Shown one piece after another: positions 36,181-49,227 of a DNA stretch of 64,000 nucleotides. Source of the DNA: Octopus sinensis (Eukaryota); the NCBI RefSeq assembly GCF_006345805.1, contig NC_043011.1:13342464-13406463 (forward strand), given 5' to 3'. The translations under genes were made by a program, and so were the position numbers. Under the pieces are notes generated by a model. It saw nothing but the letters and a program-made list of their open reading frames with translations. It ran no database searches and was not told where the DNA came from. How positions within the stretch are numbered: position 1 is the stretch's first letter; every line of letters begins with the position of its first letter.

Positions 36181-37168
36181 TGAGGGGTAGTAAATATCGG
36201 CTTGGTATGGTGCAAAATATCTCAGCCTTTAAACACTACAGTCATGTCAGGGTACATTTGGCCATGGGTCGGCAGGTTTGCTGCACTACCACACACATAC
36301 CACCATCAGTACAGCCCCTAGTCACTTCTGTCAGATACTGCCTCTTCAGGTCAGCCTTTACCACTTCATATGTTTTCTTTAGTTTCCTTCCACAGCTTCA
36401 ACTAACTTAAAGTGCTTGCCACTTCTTTACTTAGTAGTGCATCTCCATATGCATCACATGATCCTACCAGTGCAGCATTCTTTCTAGTGCACTTTTGGAT
36501 TTGGATTCATGCACATTAACATTACACATCCATTGGAGCATGCTTGTCCTATTTCTTTTTAGTCTTTGCAACTCACCTAATTTATTAGCTGTAATTTTCC
36601 TCTCTATAATATTATTGAGCTGAGATTTTTAAAAAATCATGCTATGTAATCTGACTAACTCCGTAGAATTCAAATCACTCCAATAAATGTAATACTTATT
36701 TATTGAAATAATTATGCATTATCTTGTAGATTTTGATGATGTGATTGTATATCTTTAGAATGGCATTGTAGGGTAGGTGTAAGAAGCCAGATCTTGACAT
36801 TTCAAACATAAAATAGAATGTTTGGGTTAGATATGGCTGAGTAACTAATCAGCAACTCATTAAGAAACACTTGACAAAGCCATATTCAAAGATGTTGTAT
36901 TTCTCTGACATTTGCCAAAAATGCAAAATTGTTAGCTATATTTTTGTATAATCTAATAATTTACATTATTTAGTTAGGTAATTTTGTTTTTACAAAGCTG
37001 GAAGTCTTACTGTAAGTTTATATTAAAAAGAATATTTATAAAAAGCCAAGTTTTTTTTACTGAAGTATGTTTTGTGCCTGAATTATTCAAAACCTGCTTT
37101 AATCACATAATGGCAGTGTTTGGGTGCCCTGCTTACCTGCAGTGGAATCATGACTAATCTTTTGCTTA

Positions 37169-37648
37169 CTGTAAATCCTCAAGTAAAGTCCACCCTTGAG
37201 TATAATACGCAGGGGATTTTTAGGGGGCTGTACCTCTGGAAAACCTAAACCTTGTGTATAATATGCATCCCTTCTCTAACTTGAGTCAAGGAGGTCTATA
37301 TAACGTTGTAAAAATGTATACGGTAACGTCCTTTATTATTATTGTATATATATATATATAACATAATGCAAACGTGTAGCTTTTTTGTGCATTTTGTTTG
37401 CAGAAAATAAAGAAATAACAGTAATAACGTTTAATAAATGTTGCTAACTGCAAGTTATGGATGATTTAAGGTATTTTCGCACCCGACATCACAAAATGCG
37501 TCTGAATAAACATTGCCAGACAGCAAATAGAGACTTGGACATTGCTCAGAAAATAATTTCCATTTTTAACCTCGTATATAGTATGCACTAGGGATTTTGA
37601 TCTTTAAATTTTGGGGGGAAAATGCGGATTATCCTCGTGGATTTACGG
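37169..37648. mobile_element. pogo/Tc2-like MITE
   Basis: TA|CTGTAAATCC... / ...GGATTTACGG|TA. Confidence 0.7.
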
Positions 37649-37958
37649 TACTTATAGATTATTTTGTTGATACAAGTCAAAAAACTTTGTTGTGTATTTC
37701 CATATAAGTAAACTTAATAGGCAAACTTCAAATATTTATAATAGAGATATTTAAAAAATACTAACAAAACTACAATAAATTATTTATGTATTATATATAT
37801 ATACATAATTTGTAAAGTTTTCATATCCTTTTTTTTTTCAAGTAATGTATATTACTCTTTGTTCTTTTATTTGCATATACCAATGTTTTCTAAAATCTAG
37901 GTAATATTTTTTAACCTTGTTATATTAAAACCTGTCTTACATTTTGTTTCAATTTTAG

Positions 37959-38063
37959 ACTGGTAATGACCGTTGGAATAAACTTGCTACACCTGATGAT
38001 TTATTGTACCCTTGGAATCCAAGGTCATCATACATTAAATCCCCTCCATTTTTTGATAACATG
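37959..38063 (+). CDS. ACO1: ACO1 exon ([35 protein letters not shown])
   Basis: TTTTAG| ... ATG|GTACG, 105 nt. Confidence 0.97.
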
Positions 38064-38648
38064 GTACGTTATAATTTTATCTATATGCATTGAAATTATA
38101 AAATTACCCTATGATAGATGTGTTCACAATTATCTTCTCAAAATTTATATTATATATTATATATATTTTGAGTTATGTATGTGAAAATCAGTTTTAGATT
38201 TCTCATAATCAGATATATTTTTCGATAGGTGATTAGCCTTGCAAACTTAAATGGATCGGTAAAAGTTGACTAGTAATGTTTTAGTCTCAACATTGTAAAT
38301 GAAAGGAAATAACAACTGGAACTTGGAACCAGATTACTATGGGTTTACCTTCTATTTCACAAAAGTATCAGATGAAAATATTTTGATTGTAGATGTTTAG
38401 TTTTTAAAGGAAAGTTTCTTAAATTCAGATCCCTATCAACTATGCTCTTAAACAGAAAAGAATCGATCTCATTGTCTTCCAGCTTCACTTTATACATACA
38501 GCATAACTTTCTATAAATCAACTGTTCCTTTAATATTAAACAGCTTGGGTATTCTTGAACCACCATTTCCTTTATAATAGTAACAGCCATACTATTGGTG
38601 ATATTGCAAGAAGCAGAAATTAAGAGATTGACTTTGATTATTTTGAAT

Positions 38649-39005
38649 ACTCTTTACTCTTTTACTTGTTTCAGTCATTTGACTGCGGCCATGCTGGAGC
38701 ACCGCCTTTAGTCGTGCAAATCGACCCCAGGATTTATTCTCTGTAAGCCTAGTGCTTATTCTATCGGTCTCTTTTGCCGAACCGCTAAGTTACGGGGACA
38801 TGAACACACCAGTATCGGTTGTCAAGCGATGTTGGGAGGACAAACACAGACACACAAACACACACATATATACGACAGGCTTCTTTCAGTTTCCGTCTAC
38901 CAAATCCACTCACAAGGCTTTGGTCGGCCCGAGGCTATAGTAGAAGACACTTGCCCAAAGTGCCACGCCGTGGGACTGAACCCAGAACCATGTGGTTGGT
39001 AAGCA
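38649..39005 (-). mobile_element. SINE family A
   Basis: Consensus match. Confidence 0.88.
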
Positions 39006-39176
39006 ACATTCAGAATACTGAATGTTGCTTACAGACCGTGTTATGATGTAGGTAATTTTGGATTGGATTCTGTCACTTTAAATCAATGAAAATGTTTTGA
39101 TTGTTTTTTTAAAAATTATTAATTATTAACTTTACACAATTTCAGGATTATATTTTAACAACTTTTTTTTTTCCAG

Positions 39177-39319
39177 ACTAAAGAACTTCCTGTTATTGAT
39201 TCCATTAAAAATGCCTATGTCCTTATGAATTTTGGAGACTCTGTTACTACAGACCATATATCTCCAGCTGGTAGCATTGCTAGAAATTCACCTGCTGCTC
39301 GTTACTTAGCTTCTTTAAA
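39177..39319 (+). CDS. ACO1: ACO1 exon ([47 protein letters not shown])
   Basis: TTCCAG| ... AA|GTAGG, 143 nt; [13 protein letters not shown] motif. Confidence 0.98.
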
Positions 39320-39459
39320 GTAGGTATATTTTGTTTTTGTCTAATTTTTGAAGAAAACATGTTTCCTGTCTTGCTTGTTGTTCACCTCTCTGCTTTTGTA
39401 GTTCTAATATTTTATAACTTTATCGAAGCTTATTCCTCTCTATACAGATCTCCACGTAA

Positions 39460-39804
39460 TCTACATATATAAACGGCAAAATGTCTGTGTGTGTCCTTTA
39501 TACAAATCCACAATTTTTCAATTAGAGGGCTCGCACTTTCTATGGTCATTCAAAACCGTCCAAGGGTAGTTGTGCACATCTTTACATTTCCCCAGTTACC
39601 CTGCAAGGCCATTAAAAAATCAATAGAAGTGACTTTTTTGTGAATTTTCCATCCAAAACCCAATCAAAATGCCCAATTGAATACCAGGTAGCTGTACGTG
39701 ATTGGTCGGAGATTTGGACAGTACTCGCGTGTATGTGTGCATGCACACAGCTCTATATGCATGCACTAACACTATGACCCGGCATTGCTTGGTCATAGTG
39801 CTAG
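39460..39804 (+). mobile_element. Non-autonomous Helitron (second family)
   Basis: A|TC ... GTGCTAG|T; paralogue of 29582. Confidence 0.85.
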
Positions 39805-40260
39805 TTTGATTACTATTTGGTTTGGTAGTCAAGTAGTTAGCAACCTCAGTACTAAATAACATAGCATTTATGACTTAGATATTGCGAAATAGTTGATTTG
39901 TATCACAAGTTAGTAATAAATCTATCAAGTGCTATGATTTTTATGTGGCTTGGATTTATATTGTATGTAACTTTATAGATAATTTTGAGCTAAACATTTG
40001 ATATATAAACCATTTACTCTTCAGTATGTAAAACAAGATAAGATCCTGCACAAAACGTCAGGACTCAGTTTTCTTGTTTTACAAATCTGATATACATATG
40101 ACAGAGTCTAGTGAATCCTGCTGATTAATATCGGACAGGTTCAATATGGTTTTAGTTCAACAGTTTTGAATGAAAATGCTGTTGTAATTGGTGTCCCCTT
40201 TTCACTGTGACAGAGCTTACCGTTGTGAGCTTCTGTTATTCTCCTCCCAGGTATTTCTTA

Positions 40261-40685
40261 AGGCAGCGAGCTGGCAGAAATGTTAGCATGCCAGGCGAAA
40301 TGCGTAGCTGTATTTCGTCTGCCGTTACATTCTGAGTTCAAATTCTGCCGAGGTCGACTTTGCCTTTCATCCTTTCAGGGTCGATAAATTAAGTATCAGT
40401 TACGCACTGGGGTCGTTATAATCGACTTAATCCGTTTGTCTGTCCTTGTTTGTCCTCTCTGTATTTAGCCCCTTGTGGGTAGTAAAGAAATAAGTATTTC
40501 ATCTGCCGTTACATTCTGAGTTCAAATTCTGCCGAGGTCGACTTTGCCTTTCATCCTTTCGGGGTTGATAAATTAAGTACCAGTTATGCACTGGGTTCGA
40601 TGTAATTGACTTAATCCATTTGTCTGTCCTTGTTTGTCCCTTCTGTGTTTAGCCTCTTGTGGGTAGTAAAGAAATAGGTATTTCA
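40261..40685 (+). mobile_element. Head-to-tail dimeric SINE family B
   Basis: A full unit is followed by a 5'-truncated unit joined at GTATTTC. Confidence 0.85.
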
Positions 40686-41339
40686 TTAGAATTAGAGCTA
40701 ATCTTCAGCCAAATTGTTGCTGGTGGTAGTTTACACATCATTTGGGCCTATGAATTTGACAATAGTAAACAAATGAGGTATAATTTGACAACAGTAAAAA
40801 AAAAAAGGAAAATGTAAAGAAATGTGAAATAATAGTTGATTAGAAGAAATGAGAACAGGTTTGAGATTATTTTTGTTAGTATTGTAAACTGAGTTGAAAT
40901 CATTTGGATTGGGTAAAGAAAGAAAAGATGTATTTAATGGGAACTTGATTTACCTTTTAGACGAGAATATTTTCATTCAAAATTTAGTGTAGAAGTTATT
41001 TTGAAGTGGGTGAGATTGTGCTTCAGTTGAATATGTTCTGTCCTCCTATAATCCTCTTTGCAGTAATTTTGTCCCCCAGTGTCAGTGGGGGAGATAGTTT
41101 TCAGATTTTCAAAACAAGAGTATTGTGCTTTTGACGCTTGGAACAATTCAGAATATAGGCGGATGTATCAAGGATGATTATGTCTATTATTTTCTTCTTT
41201 TTTTTTTTTCATTTTTGTATTTTAGACTAGCAGAGATACCCAGCATTGCTCGGTATTAAAATGGCACAGTTTGTGTGTGTGTGTGTGTGTATATATATGT
41301 ATATTACAGTTATGTTGAAACAGGTGATATAGGAAAGAG

Positions 41340-43081
41340 TAGCATTGATAATAAAACATTTGTGGAGAATATTTTAAAGATTTGCTTAAACGACAATTTG
41401 AGTTTAGCACACCAATTTGGACAGAATTATAATTTTTATAAGAATGGGATGGATCATATCTGAAAGCAGCTCCAGGTGTTGTGAAAAAAGAATTTGTACG
41501 TGCTTTGTTTCTGAGAGCTATTTTATTGGACCTCTATGTAATCTGGCATGCTAAACATTGTTTTAATGATTCAGCATCAAGTGGTGCAGCATGCCTTTGC
41601 TGATCTTGGGGAAGTCTCATCTCCCTTCTCTCTTGGGACTCCATCAGACATGCTACAGCATGCCTTTGCTGATCTTTGGAAAGTGTCATGTGCCTTCTGT
41701 ACTGATACTCCATCTGACATGCTGCAGCTTGCCTTTACTGATGTTGAGAAAGTCTCATGTCCCTTATCTCTTGAGACTCATGCCTTTGATTTTCTGCACT
41801 CTTCCTTGCTTTATAGGTGTTTCTGGAGAAATTGTTTTTTTTTGTTTTTTTTTTTGGTGACATATTTTTACAATATTTTAAGCTATGAATTATGAACATT
41901 ATACATTATTTTTGTATGCATGTAGTATGCCTATATTTTTGTAAACAGTGTGAGTTAACTGAATATAAGCAAACTGTAAATACTTTGCAACAGCTGCGAT
42001 GATTATGAATTGTTAATTGAACATACATCTAGTAAGAGAGACATACACACTAATATATGTGACGTTGTTGCCATTGTATAAAATGTCCTTTACTACCTCG
42101 TACATATCAAATGTGCAAACACACAAAAGTAGAAGAATAAAAGTGAAATAATATTATATCACGCAAGAAAGTAAATTTGTAAACAGAAATTACAAACCCC
42201 ATTTCAGCAGATAAAGCTCTAGAAGAAAAGTCGAGTGGAAAAATCTTGAGCCATATTAGGATATCTTTTTCTAACACATCTACACTCAGAGGCATGGTTG
42301 AATTCTCATTGGTTAGTAATGAAGGCTTATTAGCTGTATCACAACGGTTTTCGATAGAGGGAGAAATGTAAATAGTGTATCTAAATAGATAGAGTGCAAA
42401 AAAATTTTAAATAAGTAAGGTAATGTTGTAGGGAGAACATACAAAAAGCGTGAAGACAAAGATATTTATGCATGACAAAATTGAAATTGACTGAAGTCAA
42501 TTTTCAGAGAGAGTGAGTGAATGAAACAGACATAGACTTAGAGAGGAACTTAGAGAAGGTGAGAAAGAATATACGTAAGCAAGAGAATCATTTGAAAACT
42601 GCAGAAATCAAAGGGAGAGAATTAGTTAAAAACTAATTTTTAGAGAAAAACCCATGTGAAACACCTTTTCCCCTGGTTTCTTGCTTTATGCGGGAGCTCT
42701 GGGCAAAATGTTATAGTGCTTGACCATCCTTGGCACATAAGTAATATGTGTAAAATTTGGTGAAAATCAGTTGATTTATCTGCTGAAATGGGGTTTGTAA
42801 TTTCTGTTTATAAATTTGCTTTCTTGTGTGATATAATGTTATTTCACTTTTATTTTTCTACTTTTGTGAGTTTGCACATTTGATATGTACGAGGTAGTAA
42901 AGGACATTTTATACAATGGCAACAACGTCACATATATTAGTGTGTATGTCTTTCTTACTAGATTTATGTCAGAGTGTGTGTGTATTTACGTGCCCATTAC
43001 GTACATTATTAAACACACATATACATATGTGACAAAGACATACATACTACACACACATATCCTTTGTTTTATATATATAGA
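41340..43081 (-). mobile_element. Helitron 5' portion: TC terminus, leader and decayed RepHel N-terminus with 23-aa STPR-like repeats
   Basis: Minus-strand 5' end A|TCTATATATATAAAA at 43081. Decayed frame MSPKKK..NFSRNT..; three 69-bp repeats (e.g. ESQERREMRLPQDQQRHAA); then GAAFRYDP...VQIG...C. Confidence 0.7.
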
Positions 43082-43504
43082 TGACTTTTTCAGTGAAGTC
43101 AGGTGTTAAGTATATTTGCTGTTGTCTGTATCTATGTACATAGAACTGATAAAAATCACAACAATTACTAAATTTGGAAAAAGCAGTAAATTTCAGTTTG
43201 GTGTGTCAGTTTAATTCACTTTTTTGTATGGTTTGCAATGATTAATTTTTTGATGCATAAGTAGTAAAAAAATATTTGTTGTTATGTTGGTATATTATTA
43301 GATGTTATTGCATCTAGTAATATGCCAACATAACAAATATTTATAATGCAGCAGTATTATTGAGTTTTGTTGTGCCTGTTTGTTGTTAAGTACTTTTTTA
43401 ATTAATTTTTTTCTTACATTTATCTTCTTTTTTTTTCTTCTTTTTTTTTTTTAATAAAGAAAATTGCTTGTGGTAATAAAGATTCACATTTTTTTCTTTT
43501 GTAG

Positions 43505-43652
43505 CCTGAAACCTCGAGAATTCAACTCTTATGGTTCTCGCAGAGGTAACGATGCTGTCATGGCTCGTGGCACTTTTGCAAATATAAGACTTGTCAATAA
43601 ATTTATGTCTAAACCAGGACCTAAAACTCTACACATACCAACTGGAGCCACG
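43505..43652 (+). CDS. ACO1: ACO1 exon ([49 protein letters not shown])
   Basis: TTGTAG| ... ACG|GTGAG, 148 nt. Confidence 0.98.
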
Positions 43653-43719
43653 GTGAGTGACTGTTTTTCTTATATAGATTTAATATTTAATAAATTGGAA
43701 TCGAAATTGAACCAATCCT

Positions 43720-44176
43720 ATGACTGGCACCCGGCAGTTGCCAGTGCCGCTGGACTGACTCCTGTGCAGGTGGCAAGTAAAGAAACACCGTTTCGACCCT
43801 GTGCTTGAGGAGATCCACTGAGTCAAGTACACCAATATCAAAAATCAATGGAAACTGCAGTTGTGATCCCTGTGCCGGTGGCACGTAAAAAGCACCATCC
43901 GAACGTGGCTGATGCCAGCACCGCCTTGACTGGCTTCCGTGCTGGTGGCACATAAAAAGCACCAGTCCAATTGTGGCCATTGCCAACCTCACCTGGCACG
44001 TAAAAAGCAGCCACTACACTCACAGTGGTTGGCGTTAGGAAGGGCATCCAGCTGTAGAAACACTGCCAGATCAGACTGGAGCCTAGTGCAGCCTTCTGGC
44101 TTCCCAGACCTCAGTTAAACCGTCCAACCCATGCTAGCATGGAGAACGGATGTTAAATGATGATGATGATGATGAT
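43720..44176 (+). mobile_element. Family C RTE 3' UTR/tail
   Basis: Consensus match. Confidence 0.85.
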
Positions 44177-44294
44177 TTGTGTGGTATAATATTAAAATTA
44201 GCTGTCTGATTATCTGAAATAGAGTATGATTATCTGTTAATGTCAAACAGAAAGGCTCTCTGAGTTATGTGTTCATGAAATGGAAATAAGAATA

Positions 44295-45277
44295 TATGAG
44301 ATGGTATCCAAATTTTACCAGACTAGTTCTGTAATGCACCAACAGGTGGCAGTACATGGATGCATGTGCAGTGAGAGATAGAGGTGACCTCCATGAGGCA
44401 GCGTGCTGCGTGACATCACTGTGTTTACTTTACAGGTTATGAAATTTGTGTTTTTGTGATCACATGTATGATGTAGTTTGCAATTTTTGCCATGGACAGA
44501 AGTTGGAATAAAAGAGCCAATGTGAAATTTTGTATTAAGCTTGGGAAGTCTGCTGCAGGAACATTGAGCATGCTTGGCAAGCTTATGGTGACCAGGAAAT
44601 GGATCAAATGTAATGTTTCAAGTGACACTGGGGCTTCAAAAGTGGAAGAACATCCTTGGAAGACTTGCCACGAGCGTCACACCCCGGAAATGTAGAAAAA
44701 GTCATCAGTTTGTGCATGAGGATCATTGGAGGACAATCAATGATGTTTTGTACCATTTGAGGGAGGACATTTAGTGAAAGCGACTGTATCTGTGGGCCGC
44801 AAAGAACTGGATTCTTTACAACAACGCGACCTGTCACCAAGCTCAAAGGTTGCCGTTTTAACCCTTTCATTACCAACCCGGCCAAAACCGCCTCTGGCTC
44901 TGTAGTACAAATGTCTTGTTTTTCTTAAGTTTTGAATTAAAATCTTCCACCAAACCTTAATCACAATTTATGTTCCTAACACTAGCTTAATGGTAGCAAA
45001 GTTATTTTACTAAATTCTTTGTTATATTTACAATAATTGAAAGAAACACAGAGCATCTCAAAATAAATACAGTAATGAAAGGGTTAACACTGTTGTTGAG
45101 ATCAAGAGCAAATCGCACTCACAAAAAACAATTTCCAGGCCAGATTCCAAAAGTGGCAGGAATGCAGGAACTGGTGCAAGGTGACTATTTTGAAGGAGAT
45201 GATATTAAAACTTAGGTAAATAAGTTATTTTTTTATTAAACACAACTAGTCCAGGAACCTTTTGATACCACCTCGTA
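44295..45277 (+). mobile_element. Internally deleted mariner element with a nested piggyBac-like MITE
   Basis: TIRs TATGAGATGGTATC..GACTAGTT / AACTAGTC..GATACCACCTCGTA; KRANVKFCIKLGKSA resembles the mariner N-terminal HTH. Confidence 0.8.
44862..45083. mobile_element. piggyBac-like MITE
   Basis: TTAA TSD with CCCTTTCATTAC / GTAATGAAAGGG TIRs. Confidence 0.9.
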
Positions 45278-45597
45278 CATTGACACTGACTAAGAGAGAA
45301 GATAAAGGTATTATATACACAAATCTTGCCAGAGTTGACATCACCTTTCACCCCTTCTGTATCAGTAAAATAAGTACCAGTAATATAATCAGGTTGATTC
45401 AATCATGTATACCTCTTTTCTGCAAAAGTTCCTCAGAAATTATTATAAGCAAGATGAATGTGTCTTTTGTTTCTCTTTAGTTCAGTTAGTGTTATTAGTG
45501 CTGGACTTGTCATCATTTTACAGCATTGTTTTATGAATCTTTAAGGCAACAAAAGGATGTTGTGACACTTGAAATCAGTAGAAAATAAAACAAAATA

Positions 45598-45986
45598 CCT
45601 CTGTGCGAAAAGTCTGGCTGCATCCGAAAAAATATATATTATGAAACAAAAATAAACACAAAATTTATTACACAAATCTGTTACCACCACGACAGTCAAC
45701 TATTTGACGCCGAACACGAGTTTGATGTTGAATACATCCACAAATTTTACGCTCAGATAGCTCTTCCCAAGACTGCAAGACGGCTTCGTGCAATTCATGC
45801 CTCGTTGTAGGGTTTTTCAGTTCAACTTTATCGGCCAAAACTTTGAAAATGCCTTCATCTAATGGATTCCACGTGTAAACATGTGTTGATTAAAACTCAC
45901 TGAATAAATCTTAATTAACTGTGTTGTCAATTGTATGCACCTGACATATGCTAACGTGTATGTAGCCAGATTTTTCACACAGAGGA
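45598..45986. mobile_element. Tc1/mariner-like MITE
   Basis: TIRs CCTCTGTGCGAAAAGTCTGGCTGCAT / ATGTAGCCAGATTTTTCACACAGAGG. Confidence 0.7.
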
Positions 45987-47021
45987 TATAATTTAAAAAA
46001 TTTTAAGGATGACTGTAGTTAAACATGTATTTTAAAATCTCAGTATCTCTTCTTTTATCTTATGCCTAGTTTTTTTTTACTTGGAATAAGGTTTAGTGAT
46101 TAAAGCTATATATGTGCAGACAGCTTTTTTTTTTATGGATAACTAAAAAGAATATCAACCTTTGTTAGCTAACAGTAATTTTGTTTGAAATTATATGTTT
46201 ATAATGGCAAATTCTTTAACTTCTATTCTCTGAGTATTTAGCATTAGATATTGTAGTATATAACTGCACATCCTGTCTTCAAGACAAGCAGTTTCTGTAA
46301 CCCTGTGTATTATTCTTAGAGCTAACATCCCTAAATGGTTATTTTTCATATCTGTAATGTATATTTCTCTTGAGTAAGTGCCAACACAAGTTCTGTGTCT
46401 TTCTCTACCTTTCTGTGTGATACAAGTGAGATAGGTTTCAAATGTTTTAAGCATGCCCTAACCAGTGTCTCAGAATGCCATTTTCGTAATCATCGTTTAA
46501 TGTCCATCTTCCATGCTGGTATTGGTTGGACTGTTTGACAGGATCCAATGAACCATAGCACTGCTTTGGGCTCCAATGTCTGCTTTGGCATGGTTTCTAC
46601 AGCTGGCTGTCCTTCTTAATGCCAACCACTTTACAGAGTGTGCTGGGTGCTTGTTTCACGACACTGGCACAAGTGAATGTTGTCAAATAACTTGCAAAAT
46701 AATGGGAGGAAAAAAAGACTCCCTTTAGTAGGAGGTGACTTAAGATTCTTTTAGCTACAATAAAATATACAATACTTGTACATTTTTGTAAAAGTTATAC
46801 ATGTAAGTGTGGCTATTGCTATAAAAGAACTACTGAAGAAATATACCAAAGTTTTACAGTTTACTTAAAAATCTGTTTTATTCTAGATTTCCCAATATGC
46901 AAGTGTTTTTATTATATTAGCAATAAAATTTATCTTAGTTTAAATGGTTACTTTGCATTGAATTCCATTTAATATGGGCATTGTGGTTGGTTTTTGGTAA
47001 CTTTTGAGTCCTGGTATTTAA

Positions 47022-47242
47022 CCTTTTAGCATTTAAACTGGCCAAATCCAGCCAAAATATTCTACCTGTTTTATGTTCAAACTGGCCAGATCTGGTCTCT
47101 CACACCAACCCTACAATATAGTTTTAAAAATTAACAGCTACCTCATCAAAATCTCATAGCTACAAGATTAATGCATGATTAGTTCAAAACAATGTGGATA
47201 AAAAAGGATTAATTTTGGCAGAATAATGCGAACACTAAAGGG
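47022..47242. mobile_element. piggyBac-like MITE (second family)
   Basis: TTAA|CCTTTTAG ... CTAAAGGG|TTAA. Confidence 0.75.
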
Positions 47243-47622
47243 TTAAAGTATTTAAAAAAAGAATTTATTCTTTTAATTTATTCTAAGATTCCAAATTCAA
47301 AACCCTTGCAGGTCTTCAAACTACCATAGATTTTTGAATCAGAAATTACATTACCCAATTCCATGTAATTTGTAGGATGTATATTATGTCAGTATTTTTT
47401 TTTAATCCTTAAATACAAATGATTAAAATCCACTATAATATCACATTCAGGAATTAGATAAGCAACCCTGGTGCACTTTAAACATGTCTTTTCAAACTGA
47501 AATGAGAGTTATCTCTAGAGTTGGATTGCCCCATAAGTTTTTAGGAAAAAATTATTTTCTAATCTTAGCTGTAATTTTAATGAGACCTTATGTATAAAAT
47601 ACGTTTTTTTTATCTTCTTCAG

Positions 47623-47745
47623 ATGGATGTATTTGATGCAGCTGAAAAATATAAGCAAACCAATGATAGTGTTATCATATTAGCAGGAAAAGAATATGGT
47701 TCTGGTTCTTCCAGAGACTGGGCAGCTAAAGGGCCTTCAATGCTG
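47623..47745 (+). CDS. ACO1: ACO1 exon ([41 protein letters not shown])
   Basis: TTCAG| ... CTG|GTAAG, 123 nt; catalytic [12 protein letters not shown] motif. Confidence 0.98.
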
Positions 47746-48445
47746 GTAAGTTGACAAGTTTTGCTTCAATTGCCGTGTTTATTATGAATCCACCTGTTAA
47801 TCTCTGGGGTTTTTTTTTTTGTTTTGTTTTTTGAAAGTATAACAAAAGTATTCAGTCAGTGTCCTCATCATCATCTTCTTCATGATCATTTTTACAGCTG
47901 TTTTTTCCATGCTGGCATGAGTTGGATGAGACTAAATTGAAGCAATATTCTATAGCTGGATGCCCCTCATGTCCCCAACCCTTGCTTGTTTCCAAGTATG
48001 ATACTTATTCCTCTGATCTTTTACACAATGAACTGCACAGCAGACATAACCATTGACAATGTTTAATCCATGACATTATTTTACAATGCTGGCATATGGA
48101 GAATGGCAAGGCATAGGTCACTATTATTGTTGATAAGAATTTCTGAATCTTAACTTATCTATTGTAATCAATAATTCTCTCCTCATCCACTTTGAATTTA
48201 ATAGATTTATTATAAACATTCTCTGTTAGAGATTGAATATGGTGACTGTCCACCTTTTGTAGTTGATGATTTGATTGGCTGTTAGCTTAATGTACACTCC
48301 AACTTTTAATTTATCCTTTCTTTTGAAAGTTGTGAGATCAATGATTTTGATGGATTACTAACTCATACTAACCCTACCATCCCTAAATGAATCAAATTGG
48401 ATATTTATTTATCTTTCATTTGAAAATTTCTTATGCTTTCTTAGG

Positions 48446-48780
48446 CCTTCATCAGGTGTTTTGGGAAAATTTCGAACCTGGGTTCTCATTCCTAAGGTAT
48501 TTTTCGATGTAATTATTATTATTATTATTATCCCGGTCACAGCCTGGAATCAAACCCCAAAATTCCGAGTTCGATTCCAGGCTGAGACCTGAATAATAAT
48601 AATAATAAGTACATTGAAAAATACCTTAGGAATGAGAACCCAGGTTCAAAATTTCCCCCAAGACACCTGATGAAGGAGGGTATATCAGCCGAAACGTTGT
48701 GCTAACAACAAACAAGTTGAGGACAAATATCTGTCAAATGTAAATAATGTACATAATTCATCTCTTAAATATAGAACTGT
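48446..48780 (+). mobile_element. Fold-back element ending in a Penelope-type hammerhead motif
   Basis: Inverted arms span 48446-48676. CAC-CTGATGA...GCC-GAAACGT-T-GTG at 48664-48701. Confidence 0.7.
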
Positions 48781-48960
48781 ACATTGTTTTAGTTAGGTAA
48801 TTGAATTACATGCTCAACCATCTGAATCTTCACATTCTTCTAATCTGTTCAAATATGGAATAATATAAATGTATGTTTCTGCAGCATTTTCCCATGTTAA
48901 CCAACGTAGTTAGTCTGTGTTGAATAATATGTAATGTTCTCCTTTTATCTATACATCTAG

Positions 48961-49146
48961 GGTGTCCGTGCTGTGCTAGCTGAAAGCTTTGAACGAATTC
49001 ATCGCAGTAATCTTATTGGGATGGGTATCATTCCTCTGCAATATTTGCCAGGTGAATCAGCTGAATCCCTTGGCCTGACTGGAAAAGAACAATATACAAT
49101 TACTGTACCATCAGAAATAAAACCTCAACTAACAACAACCGTTGAA
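48961..49146 (+). CDS. ACO1: ACO1 exon ([45 protein letters not shown]...TVE)
   Basis: TCTAG| ... GAA|GTAAG, 186 nt. Confidence 0.98.
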
Positions 49147-49227
49147 GTAAGTATCGTCATGTCTTTTTCACCTAGATTTTCATTTATTCCTTTTGTTACC
49201 ATATTTCTGTTAACATATGCTGCCTTT

